Notes: a model not told the origin generated them from the letters alone. Positions 8,500 to 19,181 are shown, counted from the stretch's first letter. The stretch is 64,000 nucleotides of DNA from an uncultured Acidimicrobiaceae bacterium (GCA_963764305.1 CAVXSD010000009.1:369949-433948); one strand, 5' to 3'. Program-made: numbers and translations.

Positions 8500-8680
8500 T
8501 CTCACCTGACCCCCTCCGACGGGGCTTCGCTGGCTGGGAGCCAGGTTCTCGATGCAGGGGCCGCTGACCCAGCGGGGGTGACCAAGGTCCAATTCGAGCT
8601 CACGGGTGGAACGCTCAGCCAAGCGGTGATCGCCACCGGCACGCCGACCGTGTTCGCGTGGCTGGCGAAGTGGGACATGA
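8500..8680 (+). pseudogene. Fragment resembling a bacterial Ig-like domain
   Basis: SDGASLAGSQVLDAGAADPAGVTKVQFELTGGTLSQAVIATGTPTVFAWLAKWD resembles Ig-like domains of actinobacterial secreted proteins. There is no start codon or continuation. Confidence 0.25.
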
Positions 8681-8703
8681 GCGGGTTAGGGGGGCTCTCT
8701 GGC

Positions 8704-8931
8704 CTACTCATGCGACAGTTCCAGCCGCGTCCGCTGATCCAGCCGCGTCCGCTGATCACCGATTACGCGTGCGCCTGCCCAAATCAGCAGTGAACCTACC
8801 AAGCGCCGCGACCGAGCGAACCATTGCGAATGCTTGCGGAGTCGGACTCTTCCCTGCCGTGCGTGGCGGCGCTCATTCAGTAGATCCTCATGTCTGGCCT
8901 TCGCGAGGGCCCGTAACACATCGGGGTGCAT
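8704..8931 (-). CDS. Small hypothetical protein (75 aa, Arg-rich)
   Basis: The N-terminus MHPDVLRALAKARHEDLL resembles small actinobacterial hypothetical proteins. Contains an 18-bp tandem duplication. Confidence 0.4.
   Translation of the reverse strand: MHPDVLRALAKARHEDLLNERRHARQGRVRLRKHSQWFARSRRLVGSLLIWAGARVIGDQRTRLDQRTRLELSHE
8721..8756. repeat. 18-bp perfect tandem duplication (CCAGCCGCGTCCGCTGAT x2)
   Basis: 8721-8738 is identical to 8739-8756. Encodes DQRTRL-DQRTRL in the minus-strand ORF. Confidence 0.9.
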
Positions 8932-9380
8932 CGTTGCTCCTTAGGGACGAAGGAGAAGTATTTCGACAGGGTGTGACAATGGCCACGGCACGGCAGAGAT
9001 CGCCGTAGTAGGTACGGGAGGGGAGCCGTCCGGGATTGCGCATATCACAGAGCTGGAGAATTTCATGGGAAGGATGGTGGGTTGGTCAGTTCTCGGGATG
9101 CAACATGATCGTCATCGTCGCGTGGCTCGGGGGGATTGGACAGTCGGATTTCCACCGAATGGCGTCCGCCGGTCGGTCCCCAAGGTCCGTCATCCGCCTG
9201 GGACATCCGCTAGGTCAAAGAAAGTGCAGGGTCCCGTTCGCCGGGACCGTTACTGCCGGTGCGGTGGTATGACTTCTTTAGATACTTCCCCCTGAAAAAG
9301 TCGCCGTAGGTGCTCGCGATTTGAGCCCCGATCGATAAGGATGGCCCCGAACCGTAGGACTAGTACGGATCGAGGCCATC

Positions 9381-10766
9381 GTGTTGAGAACTGTAAACGC
9401 GCAGCCCACATTGTGGGAAGCGATCCTCCCCGAGATGTGCCTCGGGATGCCGGCCGAGCTCGAGGCGGTTGACCGGCTGCTCAACGATCCGGCCTTCTTC
9501 GAGCCGTTCCGTGCACATTTCCACGCTGCGCTCGGGCGCCCGTCGGTACCGATCGAGACGTACTTGCGTCTGATGTTCTTGAAGTACCGCTACCGCCTCG
9601 GCTTCGAGCCGTTGTGCCGGGAGGTCGCCGATTCGATCTCGTGGCAGCGCTTCTGTCGGATCCCGTTGGGCACGACGGTGCCGCATCCGACCACCTTGAT
9701 GAAGATCACCACCCGGTGCGGGTCATCCGCGGTCGACGGCTTGAACGAGGCGCTGCTGGCCAAGGCCCAGGCCGCCAAGGTCTTGAAGACCAACAAGGTC
9801 CGTGCCGACACCACGGTGGTCCCCGCCAACGTCGCCTACCCGACGGACTCGGGCCTGATGGCCAAGGGCGTGGCCAAGATGGCCAAGGCAATCGAGAAGC
9901 TCAAGGATGTGGGACTGGCTTCGAGGACCAGGTCGCGGGACCGAACTCGGATGATGAGGGCCCGGGCCCGCTCCATCGGCGCCAACCTGCGACGACGCAG
10001 CGGCGAGGCAAAAGACGAGGTCATGGCCATCAACGCCGACATGGTCCGCATCGCACACGTTGCCGTCGACGAGGCCCGCCAAGTCGCGGCGAACGCTCTG
10101 CGGGCGCTCAAACGCCTCGGTGACGCCGCCCCAAGAAGGCTCTGCTCCATTGCCGGCGACTTGGCGATGACCGCCGGTCGGGTCGCTCAGATCGCCGAAC
10201 AGACCGAGAAGCGTCTCGGTGGCGAAGTTCCCGACGGAGCGACCAGGCTGGTGTCGCTGCACGACCCCGATGCCCGCCCCATCCGCAAGGGTCGGCTCGG
10301 CAAGCCCGTCGAGTTCGGCTACAAGGCCCAGGTCGTCGACAACGAGGACGGCGTGGTGATCGACCACAACGTCGAGGTCGGCAACCCAGCGGATGCGCCC
10401 ATGCTCGTCCCCGCCATCGAGCGCGTCGCCCGGCGGGCCAGGCGCATGCCCAAGGCAGTCACCGCTGACCGCGGCTATGGGGAGAACGCGGTGAGAGTCC
10501 AGCTCGGCGCGCTCGGGGTGCGAACCGTCGTCCTTCCGACGAAAGGTAAACCGAGCGCGTCACGGCGCGCCGTCGAGAGCAGGCCGCAGTTCCAGCGCCT
10601 GGTGAAGTGGAGAACGGGAAGCGAAGGTCGGATCAGCTGCCTCAAACGAGACTTCGGTTGGAGCCGAACACAGATCGACGGCATCGAAGGAGCACGCACC
10701 TGGTGCGGTTATGGGGTCTTCAACCACAATCTGGTGAAGATCGGAGCACTGACAACCTCCGAATAG
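9381..10766 (+). mobile_element. Intact DDE transposase of the IS5 superfamily (type usually annotated ISNCY), 461 aa
   Basis: InsH-like N-terminal domain (ETYLRLMFLKYRYRLGFEPLCREVADSISWQRFCRI). DDE core (VRADTTVVPANVAYPTDSGL, HDPDARPIRKG, VTADRGYGE). I could not identify terminal inverted repeats. Confidence 0.8.
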
Positions 10767-10883
10767 GGCGAATCGAACCCAGCACCCCCACGATGCTGAG
10801 GGAACTCCACGATCTGGACGCACGCGTCGACTCGACCTCGGTCCTGGGTGCGCTCCGATCGAGTCGTGGTTCGCCAATGGTCG

Positions 10884-11689
10884 TCACTGCCTCAGCCAGT
10901 TGTCGACGAGAGCGTCAACACCTCGGTGCAACCGGTCTGGAATTCGATGACCGCACGAAGGCCATCGGACGTCTCCACTTCCTTCCTCGCGGTTCCCCGC
11001 GGAGGCCGCCTGGGTCGGAGGCCCGTAGAATGTCTTGAACTCGGCGAGGAGCTCGGACGGCGTGCCCGCGAAATTGCCCGCGAAATTGAAGGTGTACGTG
11101 TCCCGCTCCAACGCGATCTGCCCTGCGGTGACACCCGCGCCGGCGAACCTTCGATCACGTGCTCCTCGACTGCCCACGTCATCGGGCTGATGAATCCCTC
11201 TGGAGGAGGCGGGGAGTAGCTCGAGCTGATCTTGAGAACCTGGGCGACGAGCGTCGGGTCGTTGGGGATCCAATTGCCCATGACGATCCGGCCGCCGGGC
11301 GTGTGACCCGGACGACCTCCTTGGCCACGTTGTGTGGCCTTGGCGCGAACATGGCCCCGAAGATGCTGACCACGAGGTCGAAGCGATCGTTCTCGAGACC
11401 GTGCAGATCGGTGGGTGTCGCCTTGCCCGGATCGGCAGTTGGTCAACCCGAGGCTCCGAGCCCGGGCGTTGCCGGCCTCGACGAGGTTGCTGGCGATGTC
11501 GACCCCGAGCACGTTCGCCCCGAGGGCGGCGGCCGGTAGGGCGGTCGTCCTGTCCCCACACCCAAGGTCCAGGACCTCGAGATCCCTCGTGATCGCCAGC
11601 TCCTTGGCGAGCGCCTCACCGCTGTCCCGCATGCTGGCCGCAATTCGGGTGAAATCGCCTTTTTCCCAGAGTGTCTGTTTCGGATTCAT
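10884..11689 (-). pseudogene. Class I SAM-dependent methyltransferase with at least 3 frame switches
   Basis: GGGAGG precedes the ATG at 11689. VLDLGCGDRTTALPAA is in one frame, [39 protein letters not shown] in a second, and [17 protein letters not shown] back in the first. RFAGAGVTAGQIALERDTYTFNF is in the third. Confidence 0.7.
11063..11086. repeat. 12-bp perfect tandem duplication (GCCCGCGAAATT x2)
   Basis: 11063-11074 is identical to 11075-11086. Encodes the FAGN-FAG duplication in the methyltransferase pseudogene. Confidence 0.9.
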
Positions 11690-11929
11690 CTTCTTCGTTG
11701 CCTCCCGGGTCGTTGACACGTCATGACCGCAGCCCGGGTTGCCAGGGGCGAGTTTGAAACTCGAGCGCGGGTACCCCCTGCTGAGCTCTGGGCGCAGCAC
11801 CGCCCCGGGGGAGCACCCTTCACTCCGATGCTCGCGGGCTGGTCACGCTCACTGCCTGCGGGGCCACCTTCGGGCGCCTCTGAGGAGGTGACCGATCGCC
11901 GGCCCGAGCTCTCGTGCGGGTGGGCCGCC

Positions 11930-12756
11930 CTACCCGGGCTCGTCGGGCCGCGGGTTCGGCGCGAGGTCGGGCGCCGGCACCGCGATGGCCGGTGCCTCGG
12001 TGCCGCCGTCGATCTCGAACACCTTGCCCGTCACCCACGATGAGGCGTCGGACACGAGGTAGAGCACGGCACAGGCGATGTCCTCGGGCTCTCCCGGTCG
12101 TCCCAGCGGGGTGCCGTCGAGGAACTGCTGCCGCAGGGTGTCGTCGGTCAGGACGACGTCGAGCGAGCGCGTGGCAACGCCGCCGACGTCGATGGCGTTG
12201 ACTCGCACCCGTGGGGCGAGCTCGGGCGCGATGTTGCGCGTCATCCGGTCGAGCGCCGCCTTGGCCGCGCCATAGGCGACGAACATGGTCTGGGTCATGC
12301 TGGCCGAGCGCGACGAGATGTTGACGACGGCACCGGCGCCGACGGTGTCGACCATCTGGCGGGCCGCCAGCTTGGTCAGCGTGAGCGGCGCAGTGACATT
12401 GAACGCGAAGGTGCGGGCCATGAAGCCCTCGCTGGTCTCCATCGCGGCCCGGGGCATGGCGCCGCCCGCGTTGTTGACCAGGATGTCGAGGCGGCCGAAC
12501 TCCGTCGACGGCACGGGCCACCAGCTCGCTCGCAGGCGGCCGCGTCGGTGACGTCGGTGGGCACGACGAGCGCCCGGCGGCCGAGCGATCGGATCTGCGC
12601 CGCCACGTCCTCGAGGTCGGACGCCGTGCGCGCCGCCAGCACCACGTCCGCTCCTGCCTCGGCCAGGCCGATGGCGATGCCGCGCCCGATCCCGAGGCCC
12701 GCCCCCGTGACGATGGCCGACCCGGTCCCTGCGACGGAGAAGCGATCGAGGATCAC
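11930..12756 (-). pseudogene. SDR-family oxidoreductase (FabG-like) with 2 frame switches about 30 nt apart
   Basis: [12 protein letters not shown] and the N-terminal half are in the frame of ORF 12376..12888. ELVARAVD is in a third frame. [14 protein letters not shown] ... YGAAKAAL ... is in the frame of ORF 11930..13081. The GTG start at 12756 overlaps the upstream stop (GTGA). Confidence 0.75.
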
Positions 12757-13846
12757 GCCGGCGGGTGTCCCCGCCGGCTCCGGTGCAGCCCCGGCTCGGC
12801 CCGGCCGGCCACCAGGGGCAGGTCGAGGTAGGTGCGCAGTCCCGGGCTCGGCCTCGCAGACGTAGGGGATGGCGTTGACGCAGTGCAATGCCGTGGCGAC
12901 GATGCCCGGATTGCGGACGCAGGCCGGCCTCCACCGACTCGGGGTGCAACTTCTTGAAGGTGACGAGGCAGTTCGGATCGCCCGTGACCTCGACCTCGAA
13001 GCGTTCCCCGGCCGGCCCGAAGCCCCAGGCCGGGTCGAGGTGCTCCTCGCCCATCAGCCAGTTGACCGCCGCGGTGACCACCGGCTCGCCGTCGACCAGC
13101 CGCCTCCCACTTGAACCGCTGTGCCGCCACCGTCCCCGGTTGGATCGGGCCGATGGGCGAGTCGATCGGCGCCGTGGCGACCGCCATCTCGTGGGTGGTC
13201 CGCAGCTGCGGATCGATGTCGAACCCCAGCTCGTCGGCGACCATGAAGATCGACTGGCGGAATCCCGCGCCGAGCGCGTCGGTCATGATGCTGCCGCGCG
13301 CCTCCTCCGGGGTCTTGCCGAACAGCATCCAGTCGCGGACGACGTCGGGGGCGCCGTAGGTGCGGATGTCGGAGAACTCCTCGGCCCGCACGTGGGTGAT
13401 GGAGCCCGACAGGGCGGAGATCATGAGCGGGAACCGCTCGGTGATCCCCCCGGGGTGGATGCCGGTGCCGTGCAAGGTCACGCCGGCCGCCCGGGCGATG
13501 GCGTCGAACTTCTCCCGCTCCTCGCTCGGTGGGTAGAACCAGCCGAGCGGGGTGACCACGTTCTTGCCCGACTCCAGGATGGCGGCCACCACGTCGGATC
13601 GGCCATGAAGGGGCTGTAGAGGACGCAGTCGGCGTCGGTGGCCAGCAGCGCGTCGACGTCGCCGGTGGCGGTCACGCCCAATTCTCCTCGCGCCCAGCAG
13701 GACCCCGAGGTCCACCCCTCCTTGGCCGGGCTGTGGACCCAGGCCCCGGCGAGCTCGAGATCGGGATGCTGGAGGACCCCCTCGATGGCGGCACGGCCCA
13801 CCCCCCCGGTCGCCCACTGGATCACGCGGAAGCTCACGGGCCACAT
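12753..13846 (-). pseudogene. NAD(P)-binding oxidoreductase (DapB-N/saccharopine-dehydrogenase-like family) with 6 frame switches
   Basis: Conserved segments alternate between frames. In order they are RVIQWATGGVGRAAI..HSPAKEG, VDLGVLLGARR, GVTATGDVDALLATDADCVLYSPFMAD and DVVAAILESGKNVVTPLG...QRFKWE. These are followed by [13 protein letters not shown]..., [25 protein letters not shown] and [14 protein letters not shown]. Confidence 0.65.
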
Positions 13847-13936
13847 CCTTTGCTCGTCGGGACAGGCATCGCCCGGAATGATGCCACCTGGCCGGCGAAG
13901 TGACAGAGGTGCGGCGGCACCGTGGCGATGCTGCAA

Positions 13937-15220
13937 TCACCCGAGGGGCGTGAACTCCAAATGCAACCGTTGCAGGCCGCGCAAGATGTAGGTCGGCGCG
14001 TACTCGTACCGGCGTGCGCCGGCCGGGCCGTGTTCCGAGTCCGAGATCTCGATGTCGCCCATGCGGGCGAGGAGCCGCTCGACGCTGATGCGGGCCTCGG
14101 CCCGGGCCAGCGGCCCCCCGGGGCAGGAATGCGGGACCGCGTCCGAAGGCGAGATGCTCGCTGGCGTTCGGCACGGTCCAGCCGGAACTCGCCGGGGTCC
14201 TCGAAATGGCGGGGGTCTCGGCCGGCGGCTCCGTTGAGCACCATGATCGTGGTGCCGGCCGGGATGTCGACACCGCCGACCGTGCTCGGCGTGCGCGACA
14301 GGCGGAAGTCCCCTTGCACCGGGCTCTCCATCCGGAGGCACTCCTCGATGAAATCGGGAATGCGGGTGCGGTCCTCCCGGAGCAGTTGCTGCAGGTCGCT
14401 GCGCTCGCCGATCAACTGCAGCGCGGCGGCGAGCAGCCGCACCGTCGTCTCCTGGCCGGCCGAGAACACGTTGGCGGCCACCCGGACGACGTCGATCACT
14501 TCGGGCATCGAGCCGTCGGGAAAGGTGGCGGTCGCCAGGCCCGTCAGCACGTCGTCGCGCGGCTCGCGGCGCCGGTCCTCGACGTACGTCGTCAGCTGGT
14601 CGTAGAGGAACTCGAGCGGCGAGTGGCCGAGCGAGCCGGACCCCGTGCTCCCGAGCGCCTGGCTGTGTTGGCGGCTGCCCTGGAGCTCCTCGCGGAACCA
14701 CTCGTGGTCGGACTCGGGAACGCCCAGGAGATCGGCGATCACGTACAGCGTGAAAGGCCCGGCGAAGTCCCTGATGAGCTCGCACTCCCCGCGTGCGACG
14801 AACTCGTCGATCTGTCGGTCCGCCCGGCGCCACATGAATTCCTCGTTCTCCCTGAGGCGCTTCGGGGTGATCAGCCGCATCAGCATGCCCCGGTGCGCCT
14901 TGTGCTTGGGCGGGTCCATCGTGGTGATCTGGTCGCTGAACGGCAACTCGTCGCGGTGCTGCTCGATGAGGGCGCTGACGTCGTCGCCCTCGAGCGGGAC
15001 AGGGAACCCGGGGAACGGGCCGGTCACGGCATTGCACGACGAGAAGGTGGCGGTGTCGGTGTAGACCGAGACCGCCTCTTCGTAGCCCGTGACCATCACG
15101 ACGCCGTGGTGCGGCTCCGGCTGCACGGGGCATTGCGCACGCAGGCGCGTCGAAGTACGGGTAGGGGTCGACGACCAGCTCGCGGCCCCGGAAGAAGTCG
15201 ATGCCGTCGTAGTCGCTCAT
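13937..15220 (-). pseudogene. Cytochrome P450 with 3 frame switches
   Basis: MSDYDGIDFFRG.. is in one frame and the body (AGQETT, ESPV) in a second. PNASEHLAFGRGP is in a third, and HSCPGGPLARAE... to the stop is back in the first. One switch falls inside the haem-binding loop FGRGPHSCPG. Confidence 0.75.
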
Positions 15221-15368
15221 GATCTCTCCTCCCGCGTTGCCCCGCCCCGCCTCTGCGGTACCTGTGAGAATGGCATTCTCGGAGGGAGAGAGTATCTGCT
15301 CCGTGGTGCCCCGGCCAAGGTCCGGGCTAGGAGAGAGGCGCAGCTGGGCGTCGACTCACGCGGGTCGG

Positions 15369-15674
15369 TCAGCCCCCTGGGGTGTGATGGGCCACGAGCT
15401 CGATCCAGGTCACGCTCGACGGGGCGCCGGTGATGCCCCCTTCGACGAGCGCCGCACCCAGCCGCTCTTCCATGAACCGGGCCTGGTGCTCGGGGGTGTC
15501 CCAGATCTCGGTCACGACCAGGTGCCCGTCCTCGTTGAGCCCGGCCGCGTGGACCTGGAGCCCGTCGGGCCAGTCGCCGGCGCCGGTTGCCGGATCGATT
15601 CCGAGGGCGGCGTTGACGGCCTCGTACTCCTTCGTCGTGACTCCTTCGAACTCGAGGATCAGCTGGGCCGGCAT
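15369..15674 (-). CDS. Small conserved hypothetical protein (101 aa)
   Basis: GGAGG lies 7 nt upstream of the ATG at 15674. Intact, family not recognised. Confidence 0.55.
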   Translation of the reverse strand: MPAQLILEFEGVTTKEYEAVNAALGIDPATGAGDWPDGLQVHAAGLNEDGHLVVTEIWDTPEHQARFMEERLGAALVEGGITGAPSSVTWIELVAHHTPGG

Positions 15675-15759
15675 GTCATACCTCCATCGTCGTTGCAACC
15701 AGGGTGGGCCCAGTATGCCCGTGCCACCTCTGTGTCACCTGAGGAACGCCGGGAGGCGC

Positions 15760-16137
15760 TCAGGCGGCCGGCCCGGTGAGCACCTCGAGCAGCACCGCGG
15801 CAGCGGAATGCTCGACGTCGCGAGTCGAGGTCAGTAGGACGACCCCGCTGCTCCCGGCCCGGGCGCGGAGCCGCGCCACGCCGTCGCGGGCCGGCGCGAT
15901 GGCCAACTCGGCCCGGTAGCGCACCGCGAACGCCTCGAACTTGGCGGGGTCGTGCCCGTACCAGCGCCGGAGGTCGGTGCTCGGTGCCACATCTTTCAGC
16001 CATTCGTCCATGGGCGCATCCGCCTTGGCCACTCCCCTCGGCCAGAGCCGATCGATCAACACCCGGGGCGTCCCGTCATCGGGATGATGGTCATAGACGC
16101 GCCGGATCTCGACCCGGGGCGCCCGGGGCCGGGTCAA
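15760..16137 (-). CDS. DUF488-family protein
   Basis: The motif VEIRRVYD..DGTPRVLIDRLWPRGV is typical of DUF488. The only in-frame start near the domain is TTG at 16137, which overlaps the PhyH stop (TTGA). Confidence 0.7.
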   Translation of the reverse strand: MTRPRAPRVEIRRVYDHHPDDGTPRVLIDRLWPRGVAKADAPMDEWLKDVAPSTDLRRWYGHDPAKFEAFAVRYRAELAIAPARDGVARLRARAGSSGVVLLTSTRDVEHSAAAVLLEVLTGPAA

Positions 16138-17012
16138 CCCAGCGCTTCCCGATACGGCCCCAGGTCGATGCCCGGATACCGGGCGGCGACGCCCAGGAGC
16201 GTCTCCTCGCACCAATAGCGATCGCCGGGCCGTGGAAAGCCGAAGAGGTCACGCTGCCGCACAGTGCACTGCGGGAGGAACTTCGCCCAACGCTCGGGCG
16301 ACTGCTTGGGCCAGGCCATCTTACCGCCCCAGGTGGTGCCGCGGACCTGAAAGTCGGCGAGGATCGAGAAGCGCGACCGGTCGGGACCCGTGATCTCCGA
16401 GCCGCGGTGGAGGATGTCGGTCCGGTAGAGAAGCAGTGTCCCCGCCGGCCCCGTGCACGGCACCTCGGCGTCGGCCAGCGACCCGAACGGCAGGTACAGC
16501 GGCGTGTACGCGACGTCCTTCCCGTCCTCGTAGGGCACGATGCGCGTGGGCCCATCCGCGGCGGTCACTTCGGACAGGAAGATGAAAGTCGTCAGCTGCT
16601 GGTAGCGGGGCTCGGGCCGCGGCACCACGAGGCTGTGGCTGCCGTAGTCGCGGTGGAGCGGCTGGTCGTAGTTCACGGCGCCGGCGTACTTGGCCCACAG
16701 CTCGACCTTGTAGAGATGCAGCTCTGCCGTCTCCAAGTAGCGCTCGGCGGCGTCCACGAGGTCGGGGTGCACCGCCAAGCGGTTCAGGTCCCACGAGCGG
16801 TAGGGGAACTCCTCCACGCCGGCGAATTGGCTCCCTGCGTAGCGCACGAACGCGGCCGGGTCCGCGAAGTACTGCCCGGGACGGGGGAAGTGCAGCCAGA
16901 GCGCTTCTTGGGCGGCCGCCAGCTCCTCGTGGCTCAAGAAACCCTCAAGGAGCGAGAAGCCCCGCTCGCGCACCTCAGCCAGCGTGGCGTCAGGAACCCG
17001 CATCGCCGGCAC
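16134..17012 (-). CDS. Phytanoyl-CoA dioxygenase (PhyH) family Fe(II)/2-oxoglutarate oxygenase
   Basis: 292 aa, intact, with PhyH-like HRD (QPLHRDYG) and distal His (RTDILHRG) motifs. Confidence 0.75.
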   Translation of the reverse strand: MPAMRVPDATLAEVRERGFSLLEGFLSHEELAAAQEALWLHFPRPGQYFADPAAFVRYAGSQFAGVEEFPYRSWDLNRLAVHPDLVDAAERYLETAELHLYKVELWAKYAGAVNYDQPLHRDYGSHSLVVPRPEPRYQQLTTFIFLSEVTAADGPTRIVPYEDGKDVAYTPLYLPFGSLADAEVPCTGPAGTLLLYRTDILHRGSEITGPDRSRFSILADFQVRGTTWGGKMAWPKQSPERWAKFLPQCTVRQRDLFGFPRPGDRYWCEETLLGVAARYPGIDLGPYREALG

Positions 17013-17067
17013 CTTATGCCAGGCGGTCTCCCGGTGAGCCCAGGCCGGGCGCGCCTACGCTCACACG

Positions 17068-18249
17068 GTGCGCGCCGTGGTGTTCGACATGGTTGACCCC
17101 GAATTCCCCGCTTCACTCACCGAGGTCCCCGAACCCGCGCTGCCCGGGCCGTCGTGGGCGCGCGTGCAGGTCACGACGGGGGGCATCTGCGGCAGCGACC
17201 TCCACCTGTTCGCGCACAACACCGGGCCGTCACCCACGCTCGCCTCCATCGGGACCTTTCCTTTCGTCCTCGGCCACGAGACGGCGGGCCGCGTCGTCGA
17301 AGCCGGCCCGAACTGCTCCGTCGCCGTCGGGACGCGGGTGGCCCTCGACCCGTGCATCCCCTGTCTGCCCCGGGGGATCGAGCCGCCGTGCGACAACTGC
17401 GCCCGTGGCTGGACGTCCTCCTGCCTCAATCTGGACAGCCGTATTCTCAGCTCTGGGCGTTCGCTCGGGTTCACCCGGGACCTCGGCGGAGGCTGGGCGG
17501 ACAGCGTGCTGGCCCACGACTCCATGCTCCACCCGATGCCCGACGCCATCCCCGACCGTGGCGCCAGCCTCTACGAGCCCGTGTCCATCGCCTGCCACGG
17601 CCTGCTGCGAGCCATGCCGGTCGACGGCGAACCCGTCCTGATCGTGGGTGCCGGCATCATCGGGCTGGCTTCCCTCGCCGCGTTGCGCGGGCTCTTCCCG
17701 CGCTCCCCGGTCACCGTGCTGGCTCGCCACCCCCACCAGGGAGCGGCGGCCGAGGCCTGCGGAGCGGACCATGTCGTCTACGCCGATCCCGGGCACGGCC
17801 ACTGGGAGGAGCTGGCGGCACTGAGCGGCTCTCGGGTCGTCGGCCGGAAGCGCCACCAGATGCTGATGGGCGGGTTCCCCTACGTCATCGAAGCGGTGGG
17901 GTCGCCGGACTCCGTGACCGAAGCGCTACGGGCCGTCGCGCACCGCGGGACGGTCCTCCTGCTCGGCGCGGCCGGGATCAGCGAGGTCGACCTCACACCG
18001 ATCTGGTACAAGGAGGCGGCGCTGGTCGGCTCCATCGACCACACGGTGGATGCCCACTCGTCACCGGGGCTCGCCGGCGGCGCGGGTCGCCACTCCGTCG
18101 ACCGGGCCCTCGCCGTGCTCGAAGCCGGGCTCCTCCCGGACTCGGTCGTCGTGACGCACGAGTTCGGGTTGGACGACTACCGGCAGGCCATCGAGACGGC
18201 CATCGACCGGCAGACGTCGCACGCCATCAAGGTCGTCTTCCGGCCTTGA
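17068..18249 (+). CDS. Zinc-dependent medium-chain alcohol dehydrogenase family protein
   Basis: GGICGSDLH, VLGHETAGRVVE and the Rossmann motif LIVGAGIIGL. 393 aa, intact. Confidence 0.85.
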   Translation: MRAVVFDMVDPEFPASLTEVPEPALPGPSWARVQVTTGGICGSDLHLFAHNTGPSPTLASIGTFPFVLGHETAGRVVEAGPNCSVAVGTRVALDPCIPCLPRGIEPPCDNCARGWTSSCLNLDSRILSSGRSLGFTRDLGGGWADSVLAHDSMLHPMPDAIPDRGASLYEPVSIACHGLLRAMPVDGEPVLIVGAGIIGLASLAALRGLFPRSPVTVLARHPHQGAAAEACGADHVVYADPGHGHWEELAALSGSRVVGRKRHQMLMGGFPYVIEAVGSPDSVTEALRAVAHRGTVLLLGAAGISEVDLTPIWYKEAALVGSIDHTVDAHSSPGLAGGAGRHSVDRALAVLEAGLLPDSVVVTHEFGLDDYRQAIETAIDRQTSHAIKVVFRP

Positions 18250-18296
18250 GGGGCAGGAGGCGCGCATGCGTGGCCGGCGCCCCGGGCAACCAGATC

Positions 18297-19167
18297 TCAG
18301 CGCACCCCGGTCGGCGGGAGGCCCTGCACACTGGTGCGGTACATCTCGCGGCGGACGCCCGCATAGTCGTTCGAGCGCGTTGTGCATCGTGCAACGGTTG
18401 TCCCAGATGGCCACTGTCCCGACGGACCAGCGCAACCTGCAGGTGAAGTTCTCGTTGATGCTGTGCCGGTACAGCCAGCCCAACAGGTCGCCTGACTCCT
18501 CCTTCGTCCAGCCCTCGAAACGGGTCGTGTAGACGGGGTTGAGGTACAGCGCCCTCTTGCCGGTGACCGGGTGGACGGTCACCGCCGGGTGGACGTGCTC
18601 GGCGTAGGCAGCAACCGAGGGCGCGATGGCCATGGAGGTGAGGTCCTTGACCCGGTCGAGTAGACCGCCCGTGCCATAGGCCGTCCCGGCCGAGTGCACG
18701 GCGCACAGACCGTCGAGCGTCGTCCTGAGCCCGTGCGAGAGCGTCTCGTAGGCGAGATACTGGTTCGACCACACGGTGTCGCCTCCGTGATCGGGCACGT
18801 CCCAGGCCTGGAGCAGCGTGTAGGCCGGCGGCGCAGGTAGGTAGCTCAGGTCGCTGTGCCAGGCGTTGGCGAAGTTCAGGGCGTCGGTGGGCTCCTTGAT
18901 CACCCGGATCACGTAGGGGCGGTCCTCCAGCGGGTCCACGAAGGGCGTGACGTCGCGGCCGCCCAACAGCTCGGTCACCCGCTCGAGGGCATCGAGGTCG
19001 AGCTCCTGGTCGGGCAGGAAGACGACCAGGTGGTCGGCCAGGGCCCGGCGCAACTCGTCCAGCTGCGCCTCCTCGGACACCCGGGCCAGCTCGATGCCCG
19101 TCACTGACGCCCCCAGGGCGCCGGCCACCGGCTCGACCGTCAGCACCGTCCTTCCGGCCGTCGTCAC
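18297..19167 (-). pseudogene. TauD/TfdA-family Fe(II)/2-oxoglutarate dioxygenase with one frameshift near the 3' end
   Basis: ANAWHSDLSY and VAIWDNRCTMHNA motifs. After HNAL the conserved tail NDYAGVRREMYRTSVQG continues in another frame (switch near 18375) and ends at 18297. Confidence 0.75.
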
Positions 19168-19181
19168 CAGGCTCCCTTCGT

